From: an uncultured Actinomycetota bacterium
GTDB lineage: Bacteria > Actinomycetota > Actinomycetes > Streptosporangiales > Streptosporangiaceae
Direction of reading: 5' to 3'
NCBI GenBank assembly: GCA_963785645.1
Contig: CAWAWG010000002.1
Span: 156,839-220,838 of the forward strand
DNA: 64,000 nucleotides
Shown here: positions 1-9,899 of the stretch, piece after piece
Layout of the letters: each line of letters starts with the position of its first letter
Position numbering within the stretch: the first letter of the stretch is position 1
Program-made: the position numbers and the translations under genes
The notes under the pieces: generated by a model
What the model was told of the DNA's origin: nothing
The model's database searches: none
Seen by the model: the letters and a program-made list of their open reading frames with translations, nothing else

Positions 1-94
1 GTTCTCCTCTTCCGCCTCCGGCACGGCTGATCAGACCAACATCACCGACATCCAGCCCGCGTCGCTGGAAGGACTCAGTGCCCAGGCGACGCTA

Positions 95-3000
95 GTGGCC
101 GGGACATGGCCAGCACCGCCGCACCAAGGCAGTCCCCTGCCCGTGGCACTGCCGGCGGTGGTGGCCGGGCAACTGCACCTGACACTGGGTTCGGTGCTGA
201 CCGGCAGTCCGGCGACCGGCGGGGCGGCGGTTGCGCTCCAGGTGAGCGGCCTGTTCCGGGAAAGCAACCCGACGTCGCCGTACTGGGCGCTTGACCTGCT
301 GCCCAGCTCGGGAAGCAGCGTCCAGAACGACAGCCTCAGTTCTCCGATGGGTAACGCCGCGATTGTTACCGTCACCTACGGACCCGCGGTGGTGAACCAG
401 GCCGCCTTCGACGGGGCGCTCACCGCGGTCAGGGCTTCATGGCTGGTGCTGCCGCAGGCGCCGCCGCTCGCCCGCGGGAACATCAGCGCGCTCGCCGCGA
501 GTACCAGCGCGGCGGTCTCGCAGCTGAGCGTGGTCCTGCCTAAAGGACTCCAGGTGAAGTCGAACCTGCCAGCGGTCCTGGGCAGCATCGCCAGCACGAT
601 CGTGCTCACCCGTTCCCTGTTCACGATCGCCGCCTTGCAGCTGCTGCTGGTGACCGGGGCTGAGCTGGTGCTGGCCGCACGGCTGCTGGCCAGCCTGCGC
701 GAGGAGGAGTCAGCACTGCTGCGGGCGCGCGGCGCGACCAGGTGGCAGGTGGTGCGGCCCGGGCTGACCGAGGCAGCGGTGCTCGGCGCCGTGCCCGGGC
801 TGGCGGGCGTGCTGGCCGGCCCCCGCCTGACCAGTATGCTGGCCGGCCTGGGCGGCGTGCGCCTGGCCGGGTATCCGGGCGGCGGCATCACCCCGCTGGC
901 CTGGCTATCGGCCCTCGCCGTACTGGTGCTGTGCACCGCGGTGATGGCGTGGCCGGCGCTGCATGCTCTTCCCCCCGATGCGGCCAGGCTCCGCCGAGGC
1001 CGGCCTGCCCGGCTCGCGGGGATCGCCTGGGCGGGCGCCGATCTCGCCTTGCTGGCGCTCGCCGCGGTCTCGGTATGGCAGCTGCGCGGCTATTCGGCGG
1101 TCGCGCACCCGGCCGCCGGATCGCTCGGGATCGATCCCGTGGTCGCCGTCGCCCCCGCACTCGCACTGGCCGGGATCGCGCTCATCCCGGTCCGCGGGCT
1201 GCCGCTGCTGGCCAGGCTGGCCGACAAGGCGACCTACTACGAACGGCGGCTGGCCGCCGCCATGGTGAGCTGGCAGATCGCCCGGCGGCCAATCCGCCAG
1301 GCGGGGCCGGCCCTGCTCGTCGTCGTCGCGACGGCGACCACGACGCTGGCGCTGGCCGGGTACGGAAGCTGGCGGCAGTCGGCAGCGGACCAGGCCGCCT
1401 TCGCGGTCGGCTCGGACGTGCAGGTGAACTCCGCGGGCGCGCTGCCGCCGGGCGCGACCGGGGCGATCTCCCAGGCACCAGGCGTCACCGCGGCCACGTC
1501 GGCCAGCGTTGCCGACATCGGCAGCGGGAGCCAGCTGATCGCGCTGGACGCGAGCACCGCGGCTAAAACGATCCTGCTCCGCCCAGACCTGTCGCCGCTC
1601 CCGCTGAGCGCGCTGTGGCAGCGCATCACCCCGTCGTCGCCATCCGGTCTGCCCCTGCCGGGCCAGCCTGACCGGCTGGCGGTCCTCGCGGCCCTCGGGC
1701 CGGGTCCCGGCACCAGCTCGGCCGAGCTACGCCGGAATCTCGGGCCGGTCCAGGTCACCGCCTCGATCCAGGACGCGACCGGCGCCACCTACCAGCTGCC
1801 CGCCGGCATCCTGCCCGCCAACGCCCGGCCACGCTCCCTGGACGTCACCCTGCCGGGTCTGCGGCAGGCTAGCTATCCGCTGCGGCTGGAGGGTCTTTCG
1901 CTGAGCTACAGCCTGCCGCCGTACGACCCGGCGAACCCGGCCTTCACTCTGACCGCCGGCCTCAGCATAGAGTCCTTCGCGGTGGCCGACAGGGCCAGCG
2001 GGCCGTTCAGCAGCCCGTTCAGCGACGGTGCGGCCCTCGCGACGTGGCAGTACTCGGAAACGGCGACCCACGTACCGACCGGGGCACCTAACCAGTACGG
2101 ACAGATGCAGCCAGCGAACGCGATCATCCAGGCCCCGCCCGGTCAGGTGATCAGCCCGGCGCTGCAGCGCCAGGTCGCTTCGGTGCCAGGGGTCGTTTCC
2201 ACCGCCGCGGCGGTGGTCGATCCGGCGACGCTGCCCTCCGGGTCAGAGCTGTCCGTGATGTTCGTCGACCCCGCCCGGTACGCGGCCGTGGTCGACCAGG
2301 CACCAGGTACGGCGTTCCCGCTCGCCGCCCTGTCGGAGGCTGCGCCGCCCGGGAATGGCGGTCGCGGCCAGGCGGCGGCTGTTCCCGCGGTGGCCACCGC
2401 CGCCGCCGCGCAGCTCGTCGGCGCGGCGCCGACCGCCGTCAACATAGGGACCGGCACCATCCCTATCCAGCTAGCCGGACGGCAGATCAGCGGCGTGGCC
2501 GGCTCGAACCCGGCCAGCACCGTCGTGGTGCCGCTGCGGGCGCTCGGGCCCAACCCGCCCGGGACGGATCTCATGCTGGTGGCCGGGCCCGGGCTTGACG
2601 GGGCACGGCTGACCGCCGACGTGCGCCGCGCGCTGCCGGGCGGGTCGGTCACGTTGCGCGCCACCGCCCTCGCCGCGATGACCACGGCGCCGGTCGCGCA
2701 GGCGGCGCAGGCGGCGCTCACCCAGGCAATGGCGACCGCGGCCGGATTCGGCGCGCTCGTCCTGCTCCTGTCGCTGCTGCTCACCGCGCGGACCCGCGAT
2801 ATGACGCTGGCGGGGCTGGCGACGATGGGGCTGCCGAGCTGGCAGGCTCAGGCGCTGCTGGCAGCCGAGACGCTTCCCCCGGTCGTGGCCGCCGCCGCCG
2901 GCGGCGTCGCGTGCGCCTGGCTGCTCGCGCCGCTGGTCGGGCCGGCGCTGAACCTGGCGGCGTTCAGCGGGACCAGGTCGGCCGTCGCGGTAACTCCCGC

Positions 3001-3121
3001 CGTGGCCCCGCTGGCTGCCTCCGCGGCCGGGCTGGTGCTGGCCGCGCTGCTCGTGCTGGGCACCCAGGCCGTGATCACCTACCACCGGGGCAGCGCCCGG
3101 GCGCTGCGGATCGCTGACTGA
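95..3121 (+). CDS. FtsX/MacB-like ABC transporter permease (5' end probably lies upstream of the window)
   Basis: Two hydrophobic FtsX-type blocks with ESALLRARGA and LAGLATMGL motifs separated by large extracytoplasmic domains. Confidence 0.8.
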   Translation: MAGTWPAPPHQGSPLPVALPAVVAGQLHLTLGSVLTGSPATGGAAVALQVSGLFRESNPTSPYWALDLLPSSGSSVQNDSLSSPMGNAAIVTVTYGPAVVNQAAFDGALTAVRASWLVLPQAPPLARGNISALAASTSAAVSQLSVVLPKGLQVKSNLPAVLGSIASTIVLTRSLFTIAALQLLLVTGAELVLAARLLASLREEESALLRARGATRWQVVRPGLTEAAVLGAVPGLAGVLAGPRLTSMLAGLGGVRLAGYPGGGITPLAWLSALAVLVLCTAVMAWPALHALPPDAARLRRGRPARLAGIAWAGADLALLALAAVSVWQLRGYSAVAHPAAGSLGIDPVVAVAPALALAGIALIPVRGLPLLARLADKATYYERRLAAAMVSWQIARRPIRQAGPALLVVVATATTTLALAGYGSWRQSAADQAAFAVGSDVQVNSAGALPPGATGAISQAPGVTAATSASVADIGSGSQLIALDASTAAKTILLRPDLSPLPLSALWQRITPSSPSGLPLPGQPDRLAVLAALGPGPGTSSAELRRNLGPVQVTASIQDATGATYQLPAGILPANARPRSLDVTLPGLRQASYPLRLEGLSLSYSLPPYDPANPAFTLTAGLSIESFAVADRASGPFSSPFSDGAALATWQYSETATHVPTGAPNQYGQMQPANAIIQAPPGQVISPALQRQVASVPGVVSTAAAVVDPATLPSGSELSVMFVDPARYAAVVDQAPGTAFPLAALSEAAPPGNGGRGQAAAVPAVATAAAAQLVGAAPTAVNIGTGTIPIQLAGRQISGVAGSNPASTVVVPLRALGPNPPGTDLMLVAGPGLDGARLTADVRRALPGGSVTLRATALAAMTTAPVAQAAQAALTQAMATAAGFGALVLLLSLLLTARTRDMTLAGLATMGLPSWQAQALLAAETLPPVVAAAAGGVACAWLLAPLVGPALNLAAFSGTRSAVAVTPAVAPLAASAAGLVLAALLVLGTQAVITYHRGSARALRIAD

Positions 3122-3149
3122 AGCGCGGGGCGGGTCGGGTGCTTCAGCG

Positions 3150-4238
3150 CTACGGGCCGACAGTCCCGGCCGCGGCCGGACGGTGCGCGAACCGCTGCCG
3201 CAGGTGGGTGAGGCCGGGGGTGGCGTAGATCTCGGCCTCCCGTTCTGGTGCGCGGCGGCGTTCGGCCAGGTGCAGCAGGTCCACGCAGGCCAGCACGGTC
3301 AGCGACCCGGCGAGCCAGATCCCGAGAACGAGCAGCGGATGGAACAGGCTGACGTCGGGGAGGTAGACGACGTCGCGGGCGGCGGACACGATGGCGCCGT
3401 TGGGCAGCCATGGCGCCACCTGCCGGAAGCCGTCGGGCAGGAACGCGAACGGTACCGTCCCGCCGGACACGGCGTTACCGATGACAACGAAGGCGAGTGC
3501 GGCCAGGCCGGTTCCCGGCAGCCCGGTGACGGCCTGGCAGGCGGTGACGAATGCCACGAACGTAAACGAGCCGAGGAAGGCAACGCCGATCAGCGCTCCG
3601 CTCGCGCCAGTCAGGGCGCCGAGGATCGGGTCGAGCACGAGCACGCTCGCGCAGGCGGCCAGCAGGGCGAAGAAGACCGCGGCGGTGATCCGCCACCACA
3701 CCCGCAAACGCCTGCCGAGCAGGAACAGGCCGATGCTCCCGATCACGCTCGGGATGAGCAGGCCGAGCTCGAAGACGAAAACGGACAGGCCCGCATGGTC
3801 GCCGGGCGGCAGCGGCGCGACGTCCAGCGGGCGGCCCGGGCGGTGCAGTGCGGTCGCCGCGGCCGTGAGGGCGGCGGTGACCGCCTGCTGCTGGCTCGTT
3901 CCGGCCGCGCCCGCCGTCACGATCGTCACCGGGCCGGCCGCGCCCGCGACCAGGCCGCCTGCCGCCGACTGCGACCGGACACGGTCGATCACCGCTTGCG
4001 CGGACGGCGCGGTCACGACGGTGAAGCCGCCCGGTGCCGCATGGGCGAGCCCGCTGGTCAGCTCGCGGGTGAGGCCGGCCGGCGCGGCCACGGCGATCCG
4101 CACTCCGTGCGGTGCCGGGTCGTGGTCGGCGAAGCCGAACGAGAGCGTGAGGACGAAGGCGATCACGGCGGCCGCGGCGGCGACCGCGAACAGCCGGCCG
4201 GGCGACGCCTGGCGGTGCGGTCGCGGGATTTCATGCAT
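3150..4238 (-). CDS. ABC-2/DUF3533-like membrane protein
   Basis: N-terminal TM, HDPAPHGVRIAV motif, six C-terminal TMs, LPNGA motif; GGAGG upstream of ATG 4238. Confidence 0.75.
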   Translation of the reverse strand: MHEIPRPHRQASPGRLFAVAAAAAVIAFVLTLSFGFADHDPAPHGVRIAVAAPAGLTRELTSGLAHAAPGGFTVVTAPSAQAVIDRVRSQSAAGGLVAGAAGPVTIVTAGAAGTSQQQAVTAALTAAATALHRPGRPLDVAPLPPGDHAGLSVFVFELGLLIPSVIGSIGLFLLGRRLRVWWRITAAVFFALLAACASVLVLDPILGALTGASGALIGVAFLGSFTFVAFVTACQAVTGLPGTGLAALAFVVIGNAVSGGTVPFAFLPDGFRQVAPWLPNGAIVSAARDVVYLPDVSLFHPLLVLGIWLAGSLTVLACVDLLHLAERRRAPEREAEIYATPGLTHLRQRFAHRPAAAGTVGP

Positions 4239-4273
4239 GGGGGGTCCTCCCGGTACGGGCACCGCCTGGCCGC

Positions 4274-4326
4274 TAATGACCAAACGGTCATTAAGAACGT
4301 TATCATGCGCCGCCCGCTAATGACCA
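4274..4326. promoter_or_regulatory. Putative TetR operator between divergent genes
   Basis: Inverted repeat TAATGACC-aaac-GGTCATTA (4274-4293); CCGCTAATGACCA repeated at 4270 and 4314. Confidence 0.65.
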
Positions 4327-4342
4327 CTTGTACACTTAGCGC

Positions 4343-4963
4343 ATGGACGACCAGCCGGACTGCCCGCCGCCCAGACGCCGGCGAAACCCCGATGCGTCAC
4401 GGGCGGCGATCCTCGCGGCCGCACGCGAGGTGTTCACCGAGCGCGGCTACGCACGCGCGACCATCCGCGAGATCGCGCGCCGGGCCGGCGTCACGCACGG
4501 CCTGGTCATGCGGCACTTCGGCACCAAGGAGAGGCTCCTCGTTGAGGCGCTACCCGGGCCCCGGGCCACCGCGGGTGCCCTATCCGGCGACCTGGCCACG
4601 CTCCCGGAGCGGGTCGCGGAGGTGTTCGTGGCGGAGACCGAGTCCGCGGGCGACGACGGGCACGCGATGGTTGCCCTGATCCGCAGCGCGGCGTCGGGCG
4701 AGGAGGCGGCGATGCCGCTCTACGCGGCGCTGGAGCACGAGGTCTCCACCAACTTCCTGAAGGTGCTCGGCCCGGGTTCCGAGGTATACGCGGGCCTGCT
4801 CGCCTCTCTCTTCATCGGTGTCATCTTCGGCCGCAAGGTCGCCCGCACCGGCGTGCTCGCCGAACTCACCACCGACGAACTCGTCGGCTACCTGGTCCCG
4901 GCGATCCGGGCCCTGCTCGCCCCGCCCATCGCCGCCGCGGAAGGCCGCCCACCCGCCTCCTGA
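4343..4963 (+). CDS. TetR/AcrR family regulator
   Basis: AILAAAREVFTERGYARATIREIARRAGVTHGLVMRHFGTKE helix-turn-helix. Confidence 0.9.
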   Translation: MDDQPDCPPPRRRRNPDASRAAILAAAREVFTERGYARATIREIARRAGVTHGLVMRHFGTKERLLVEALPGPRATAGALSGDLATLPERVAEVFVAETESAGDDGHAMVALIRSAASGEEAAMPLYAALEHEVSTNFLKVLGPGSEVYAGLLASLFIGVIFGRKVARTGVLAELTTDELVGYLVPAIRALLAPPIAAAEGRPPAS

Positions 4964-5097
4964 TCTCCTGCATCCTTGAAGAAGCTGGACACATCACCGC
5001 CAAGGCAAGCGACAAATCACCGGCTGTATCGCGTATATTGTCGGAGGAGTAGAGCTAGATTTGCCTGCCAGGCTCCGAACGGTGCACGGGGGAATAC

Positions 5098-6372
5098 GTG
5101 CCAGACTTCTACGTCCACAGGAACTCCGAGCAGCGGCTTCGCGACCTGGTCGCGGGGCTACGGGTCGTGATCGTCAACGGTCCGCGTCAATCAGGAAAGA
5201 CGACACTGCTGCGCATGTACCAAGAGCAGTCTGCCGCCGCCTACGTGACGCTCGACGACGCTTTTCAGTTGGCGCAAGCGCGGGATGACCCGGCGACCTT
5301 CGCTGCTCAGGGGGCACGACCGTTGATCATCGATGAGGTGCAGCGGGGCGGCGACGACCTGATCCGCGCCATCAAGATCATCGTAGACCGCTCGCAGGAC
5401 CGTGGTCAGTTTATCCTGTCCGGCTCGGCGCGGTTCCTCACCATTCCGACGCTGTCGGAGTCGCTCGCGGGACGGGCCGGTTTCTTGGACTTGTGGCCGC
5501 TCAGCCTGAGCGAGCGCACCGCGGGACCAGCCGACTTCGCGGACCGGCTCTTCAGCGAGCAGTCCAGTCTCCTGGCCACCCGTCAGTCCCCGTGGACGCG
5601 AGACGCCTACCTGGATTTGATCACTGAGGGCGGCTATCCGGAGGTCTTGACGATCGGTATCCCGGCCGTGCGGCGGTCCTGGTATGAGGGCTACTTGAAC
5701 ACGGTCATCGTCAGGGACATCGGCGATTTCGCGTCCTTGCGCGACGCCGAGGTTATCCCGAAGGTCCTAGGCCTTGTCGCGGCGCGGGCCGGCAGCCCGA
5801 TGGTGCACGCCGATGTCGCCCGCGACCTCGCGGTCAGGCCAGATACGGTCCGCAACTACTTGGCCTACCTAGACATCGTGTTCCTGACGGCCACCGTTCC
5901 CGCATGGTCAGGCAATCTGACATCGAAGATCACCAAGACGCCCAAGGTGTTCGTCACCGATTCCGGGCTCGCCGCGAACCTGCTCAGAGTCACCGCCGAT
6001 ACCCTGCGTGCGCCCGGACATCCCGCCCTGGGCGGCCTGGTGGAGACCTTTGTACTGTCGGAACTCGTGAAACTCCAGACTGCCAGCGATTCTGGTTTCA
6101 CCATTTATCACCTGCGCGACCGGGAGGGTGCTGAGGTGGACTTCTTGCTCGAAGGCCCCGATGGCAAGGTCGCGGGGATAGAGGTAAAGGCATCAGCCTC
6201 ACCCACGGCCAGTGATGCCAGGCACCTGCGCTGGCTCAAGGGCAAACTAGGCGATCGGATGACCGTGGGAGTTGTCTTGCACCTTGGCAGCGCCGCTGGA
6301 TCGTTCGGCGACAACATCTACGCCCTGCCTGTTTCAGCACTCTGGGAGCACCGCTCCTTGCCACGAAGCTGA
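5098..6372 (+). CDS. AAA_14 ATPase with DUF4143 (restriction-endonuclease-like) C-terminus
   Basis: Walker A GPRQSGKT, Walker B IIDEVQR, GGYPE, C-terminal EVDFLL...GIEVKAS. Confidence 0.88.
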   Translation: MPDFYVHRNSEQRLRDLVAGLRVVIVNGPRQSGKTTLLRMYQEQSAAAYVTLDDAFQLAQARDDPATFAAQGARPLIIDEVQRGGDDLIRAIKIIVDRSQDRGQFILSGSARFLTIPTLSESLAGRAGFLDLWPLSLSERTAGPADFADRLFSEQSSLLATRQSPWTRDAYLDLITEGGYPEVLTIGIPAVRRSWYEGYLNTVIVRDIGDFASLRDAEVIPKVLGLVAARAGSPMVHADVARDLAVRPDTVRNYLAYLDIVFLTATVPAWSGNLTSKITKTPKVFVTDSGLAANLLRVTADTLRAPGHPALGGLVETFVLSELVKLQTASDSGFTIYHLRDREGAEVDFLLEGPDGKVAGIEVKASASPTASDARHLRWLKGKLGDRMTVGVVLHLGSAAGSFGDNIYALPVSALWEHRSLPRS

Positions 6373-6527
6373 GATCGGCCGCACATCGGACTCCACCCCA
6401 GTTGCTGTCCCGGGCTGCGTTCCGTCGGTAGGTCGTCAATGCGGCATGGAAACGACGGTCACGCCTATATCGTTGCCGGGAGCGGACGTTCCCCTCTCTG
6501 TGATGGAACTCGGGATGGCGGTTCTGC

Positions 6528-6770
6528 TCAGCGGAGTGGATGGCTGGCGAAGAAGGCCTCCATCACCTGCGCCGCGTCGGTCGAGTCGGTAGTGCGGCCG
6601 GGCCCGCTGGGCACGGTGGCACCCGGCCATGTGTGTCCGCCGCCGACGATCCGGTAGTTCACAACCGCGGTCCCGTCGGCGCAAGACGACCATGTGCTCC
6701 GGATGACGTCGGGTGCGATGCTCAGGTCGGTGACGGAGCCGTCTCTGTACCAGACTGGCGCCGGGCGGGC
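6528..6770 (-). pseudogene. C-terminal remnant of a PHB depolymerase/LpqC-like esterase
   Basis: YRIVGGGHTWPG...DAAQVMEAFFASHP motif; no N-terminal catalytic domain present. Confidence 0.65.
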
Positions 6771-7009
6771 AGAACAAGCCAAGTTCCGGGATACGGAGCC
6801 GACACCCGTGCTGGCGGGCGCTCGGCTCGGCGGCACCGGCCGGACCGAGCGGGGGCGGCCGCTGTCGCAGCGGGACCCCCGCTCTGCCCTGACCGGGTGT
6901 GCCTGCCTCCTTACGGAGCCATCTGGGACAGTCGACTTCGCTGAAGCGCTCGCGGGCAGGCGGCCGTAGTAGTGGCAGAACCAGAGGTTCGGAAAGCGAG
7001 GTACTTGCC

Positions 7010-7363
7010 ATGCCTAAGGCTAGAGCCGTTACCGACGCGACCTTCGATGCGATGGTCAAGCGCAGCAGGAAGCCGGTCGTCGTCGACTACTGGGCCGACT
7101 GGTGCGGCCCGTGCCGGGCGATGGCCCCGGTCCTGGAGGAGATCGCCGCCGAGTACGGCCACGCGATCGACGTGGTCAAGATGAACGTGGACGAGAACGA
7201 CGACACCTGGAACACGCACGGTATCCGCGCGATCCCGACCCTGAGCGTGTATAACCACGGCAAGCTCGTCAAACAGCTGGTGGGCGTTAAGCCCAAGGCT
7301 GAGCTGCTTAAGGAGCTGGCCGAGTTCATCGGCCCGGGACAGCAGACAATGATGCCGGGCTAG
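7010..7363 (+). CDS. trxA: Thioredoxin
   Basis: WCGPC active site, IPTL cis-Pro motif; GAGG upstream of ATG 7010. Confidence 0.9.
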   Translation: MPKARAVTDATFDAMVKRSRKPVVVDYWADWCGPCRAMAPVLEEIAAEYGHAIDVVKMNVDENDDTWNTHGIRAIPTLSVYNHGKLVKQLVGVKPKAELLKELAEFIGPGQQTMMPG

Positions 7364-7480
7364 CGCCACGGCAAGCTAATGCCGGGCAGCGAGCGCCTGG
7401 CGCTCGCTGCCCGGCGAGGTACCGGTGGGGCGGTGGGCTCAGAAAATAATTCCGTAGACCCGGGCGTGCGTGTCAGTCGC

Positions 7481-7993
7481 TTACCAGCTCCAGCTCTGGT
7501 AGTTATCCCAGTTGTAGCCGTCGATGTCGTCGGTGTAGACGTTGCCGGCCCCATTGCTGTCCAGGCACAAGCCGGTCGCGACATCTTCGAAGGTATGACC
7601 CTGTCCTGCGCCGCCGCCGGTCCATTCCTGATAGGCGTCATCCGCATCGCAGGCGTCGGTGTAGACCTGGCCGGCGGAATTGCTGTCCAGGCACAAGCCG
7701 GTCGCTTGATCCTGGAGGCCAAGGCCGAGGTTGCCGTTGCTCCAGACATTCCAGTTCTGGTACTCGTTGCTCCCGTTGCAGTCGTTGATGTTGTCGGTGT
7801 ATACGTTGCCGGCCCCATTGCTGTCCAGGCACAAGCCGGTCTGAAAGTTATACAGCCGACTCGTAAAAAGTATCGTGGACGCCGACGCCGAGGGGGTGGT
7901 CAGGGTAACCGCCAGCGCCACCGCCCCCAACGCGGCCGCGCAGCCAGCCAGCCTGCGCGAGCCGAGCGCCCGAAACCTACCGAGTAGGTACAT
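7481..7993 (-). CDS. Secreted ricin-B beta-trefoil lectin, actinohivin-like
   Basis: Signal peptide ending ASA, then three TGLCLDSNxAGxVYT...YQxW repeats. Confidence 0.85.
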   Translation of the reverse strand: MYLLGRFRALGSRRLAGCAAALGAVALAVTLTTPSASASTILFTSRLYNFQTGLCLDSNGAGNVYTDNINDCNGSNEYQNWNVWSNGNLGLGLQDQATGLCLDSNSAGQVYTDACDADDAYQEWTGGGAGQGHTFEDVATGLCLDSNGAGNVYTDDIDGYNWDNYQSWSW

Positions 7994-8083
7994 ACTTCCT
8001 CCGTGTCATCTGGCGCGCCGACTCGCGCCGCCCGCCGGTTCCATGGCATTTAGCCCGCCACCGGATGGGGGCGGGCTGGACCT

Positions 8084-8584
8084 TCACACCTCGATACGCC
8101 CCGGGCGGGCTCTTTCTTCAAAGACGACAAGGGCTGACCCGGCCGTCTGTCTAAGAAACTGATCTGGCCCGAGAGATAACAGGGCAGCGTCGCTGTCGGA
8201 CGGCAGGTCGTCCGGCGATGCGGCGGGCGGAGCAGGAGTGTCGGCGCCCGGCTCGCTGGCCGCGGACCGCCGGGCCACGATGACCGCTCCGGCCTCGGCG
8301 GCGAGCATGACCAGCATCACGGACGGCAGCAGCACGACGCGCAAGGACTGTGCCCAGTCGGCTGCGAGGCTGCTCACGGTCACGAAGGCGAAACCCGCGA
8401 AGACCACCACGCCGACCCCGAGCCAGGCGGCCAGGCCGACTGGCTTTGACAGCCAGATGCTGTGCTCGGGTACCCCCGCGTTCACCGGCACGCGCGCACC
8501 GGCCGGCAGCGTCCGTGCCGCGTACCCGGCCGCGACCGCCATGCCGAGCAGGAACAGGCCGCCGATCACAAGTGCGCCTACCAC
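8084..8584 (-). CDS. Hypothetical membrane protein (3 TM)
   Basis: Hydrophobic segments; GAAGGGA upstream of the GTG start. Confidence 0.6.
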   Translation of the reverse strand: MVGALVIGGLFLLGMAVAAGYAARTLPAGARVPVNAGVPEHSIWLSKPVGLAAWLGVGVVVFAGFAFVTVSSLAADWAQSLRVVLLPSVMLVMLAAEAGAVIVARRSAASEPGADTPAPPAASPDDLPSDSDAALLSLGPDQFLRQTAGSALVVFEERARPGRIEV

Positions 8585-8669
8585 CGGCTCGTCCCTTCAG
8601 CTGCCATGTCTTGAACGGTAGCCTCACGGGCCACCGTAGCAGGGCGAAATCGCAGACTCGTAAGGACAT

Positions 8670-9170
8670 CTAAAGGGCCGCCAACGGTTGGCTGACTATG
8701 GCTTGCGGCCAACCGCGCACCAGATTGTCGACTTGCCCGCGCCGTCGACGCCGGGAACGGGGTGCCATTCCTCGGTTCGCACCAGTCCGGGCTCGATTAG
8801 GTCCAGGCCGTCGAAGAACCGCCCCACCTGCTCGCGGTTCCGAAATCCCGGCGCCAGATGGACCATCTGGGTCACGATTTCCTGCAGGCCGTCCAGGGTC
8901 TCCGGCTCCAGGAGGTCCGAGCCCGCGTGCGAGATGACCAGATAACTGCCGGACGCCGTCCATGATCCTGGCGAGATCGCGTGCGGGTCATGGGATGGAT
9001 CGCATAAGATGCGAGCAGCGTTACCGCCACCGGGCGGGTGAAGTCAAGCAGTTGGCGGGCCTGGCGGATGATGGTGCCGGTGTCACGCAGGTCCGCGTCG
9101 ATGTACTCGGTGGCGCCCGCCTCGCTGCTGGTCAGCAGCGCGCGAGCATGCGCGAAGATGGGACATCGTC
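8670..9170 (-). pseudogene. Fragmented actinobacterial SAM-dependent methyltransferase (Methyltransf_19 type)
   Basis: AHARALLTS..TEYIDADLRD..LLDFTRPVAV in one frame and GSYLVISH..GRFFDGLDLIEPG in another; N-terminus missing. Confidence 0.75.
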
Positions 9171-9803
9171 TCCGCAGGTCAGGCTGCACCTGAGCCACGG
9201 CAGGTCTCGGCCTAACCGGGGGCGGGCGGCGAAACCGTCGAGGAAGACGGCGGTGATGTCCTCGGCGAGTTGGCTGGTGGGGTATTCGCCGGCCGGGTGG
9301 TGCCAGTGCACGGAGAGCCACACGGCGTCGCGGATCAGCCGGTAAAACACCCGCGGGGCGATATCGGACCGGAAGCTGCCCTCGGCGACGCCCTTCTCGA
9401 TCACCAGCAGCCAGGTGCGCTGGATGTCGGCCGCGCCCGCCAGCACGTCGGCGAACCGCTGACGCTCGCGCAGGTACTGCAGTTCGTTCTGGTAGATGGC
9501 GGTGGCCTGAGGCTGCTCGCTGGCCACCTGGAGCGAGGTGAGCACAAGGTCGTGCAGACTCTCGGCCGGGCCCTTGCCGCTGGCCAGCACCGCGGCGTAG
9601 CGGCTCTGGATGGCACGCAGGTAACCGGTCAGGATCTCCGCGACGATGGCGTCCTTGGACTCGAAATGGTGGTACAGACTACCGGAGAGCATTCCCACCT
9701 CGTCCGCGAGCTCACGGACCGTGCTCGCGCCGATGCCCTTGCGGGCAAAAAGTTCCGCCGCGCTCGCAAGGATGACGCCGCGACGGTCCTGAGGCTCATT
9801 CAT
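9132..9803 (-). CDS. kstR2: TetR family regulator, KstR2-like (true stop probably near 9212, shifted at a G5 run)
   Basis: ILASAAELFARKG..TVRELADEVGMLSGSLYHHFESKD; YRLIRDAVW motif; KstR2 box directly upstream; adjacent to steroid genes. Confidence 0.75.
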   Translation of the reverse strand: MNEPQDRRGVILASAAELFARKGIGASTVRELADEVGMLSGSLYHHFESKDAIVAEILTGYLRAIQSRYAAVLASGKGPAESLHDLVLTSLQVASEQPQATAIYQNELQYLRERQRFADVLAGAADIQRTWLLVIEKGVAEGSFRSDIAPRVFYRLIRDAVWLSVHWHHPAGEYPTSQLAEDITAVFLDGFAARPRLGRDLPWLRCSLTCGDDVPSSRMLARC

Positions 9804-9815
9804 GCTGGTGAGGCT

Positions 9816-9829
9816 ATCAAGCGCTTGAT
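9816..9829. promoter_or_regulatory. KstR2 operator
   Basis: ATCAAGCGCTTGAT matches AnCAAGnnCTTGnT and abuts the -10 hexamer (TAGCCT) of the TetR gene. Confidence 0.85.
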
Positions 9830-9867
9830 CGGGAGGCTGAGCCGCCCGCCGACGCCCGGTGTACACT

Positions 9868-9885
9868 ACTAGAACACGTTCTAGT
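9868..9885. promoter_or_regulatory. KstR operator upstream of fadE26
   Basis: ACTAGAACACGTTCTAGT contains TnnAACnnGTTnnA (9870-9883). Confidence 0.88.
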
Positions 9886-9899
9886 TTGATGGAGGGCGG

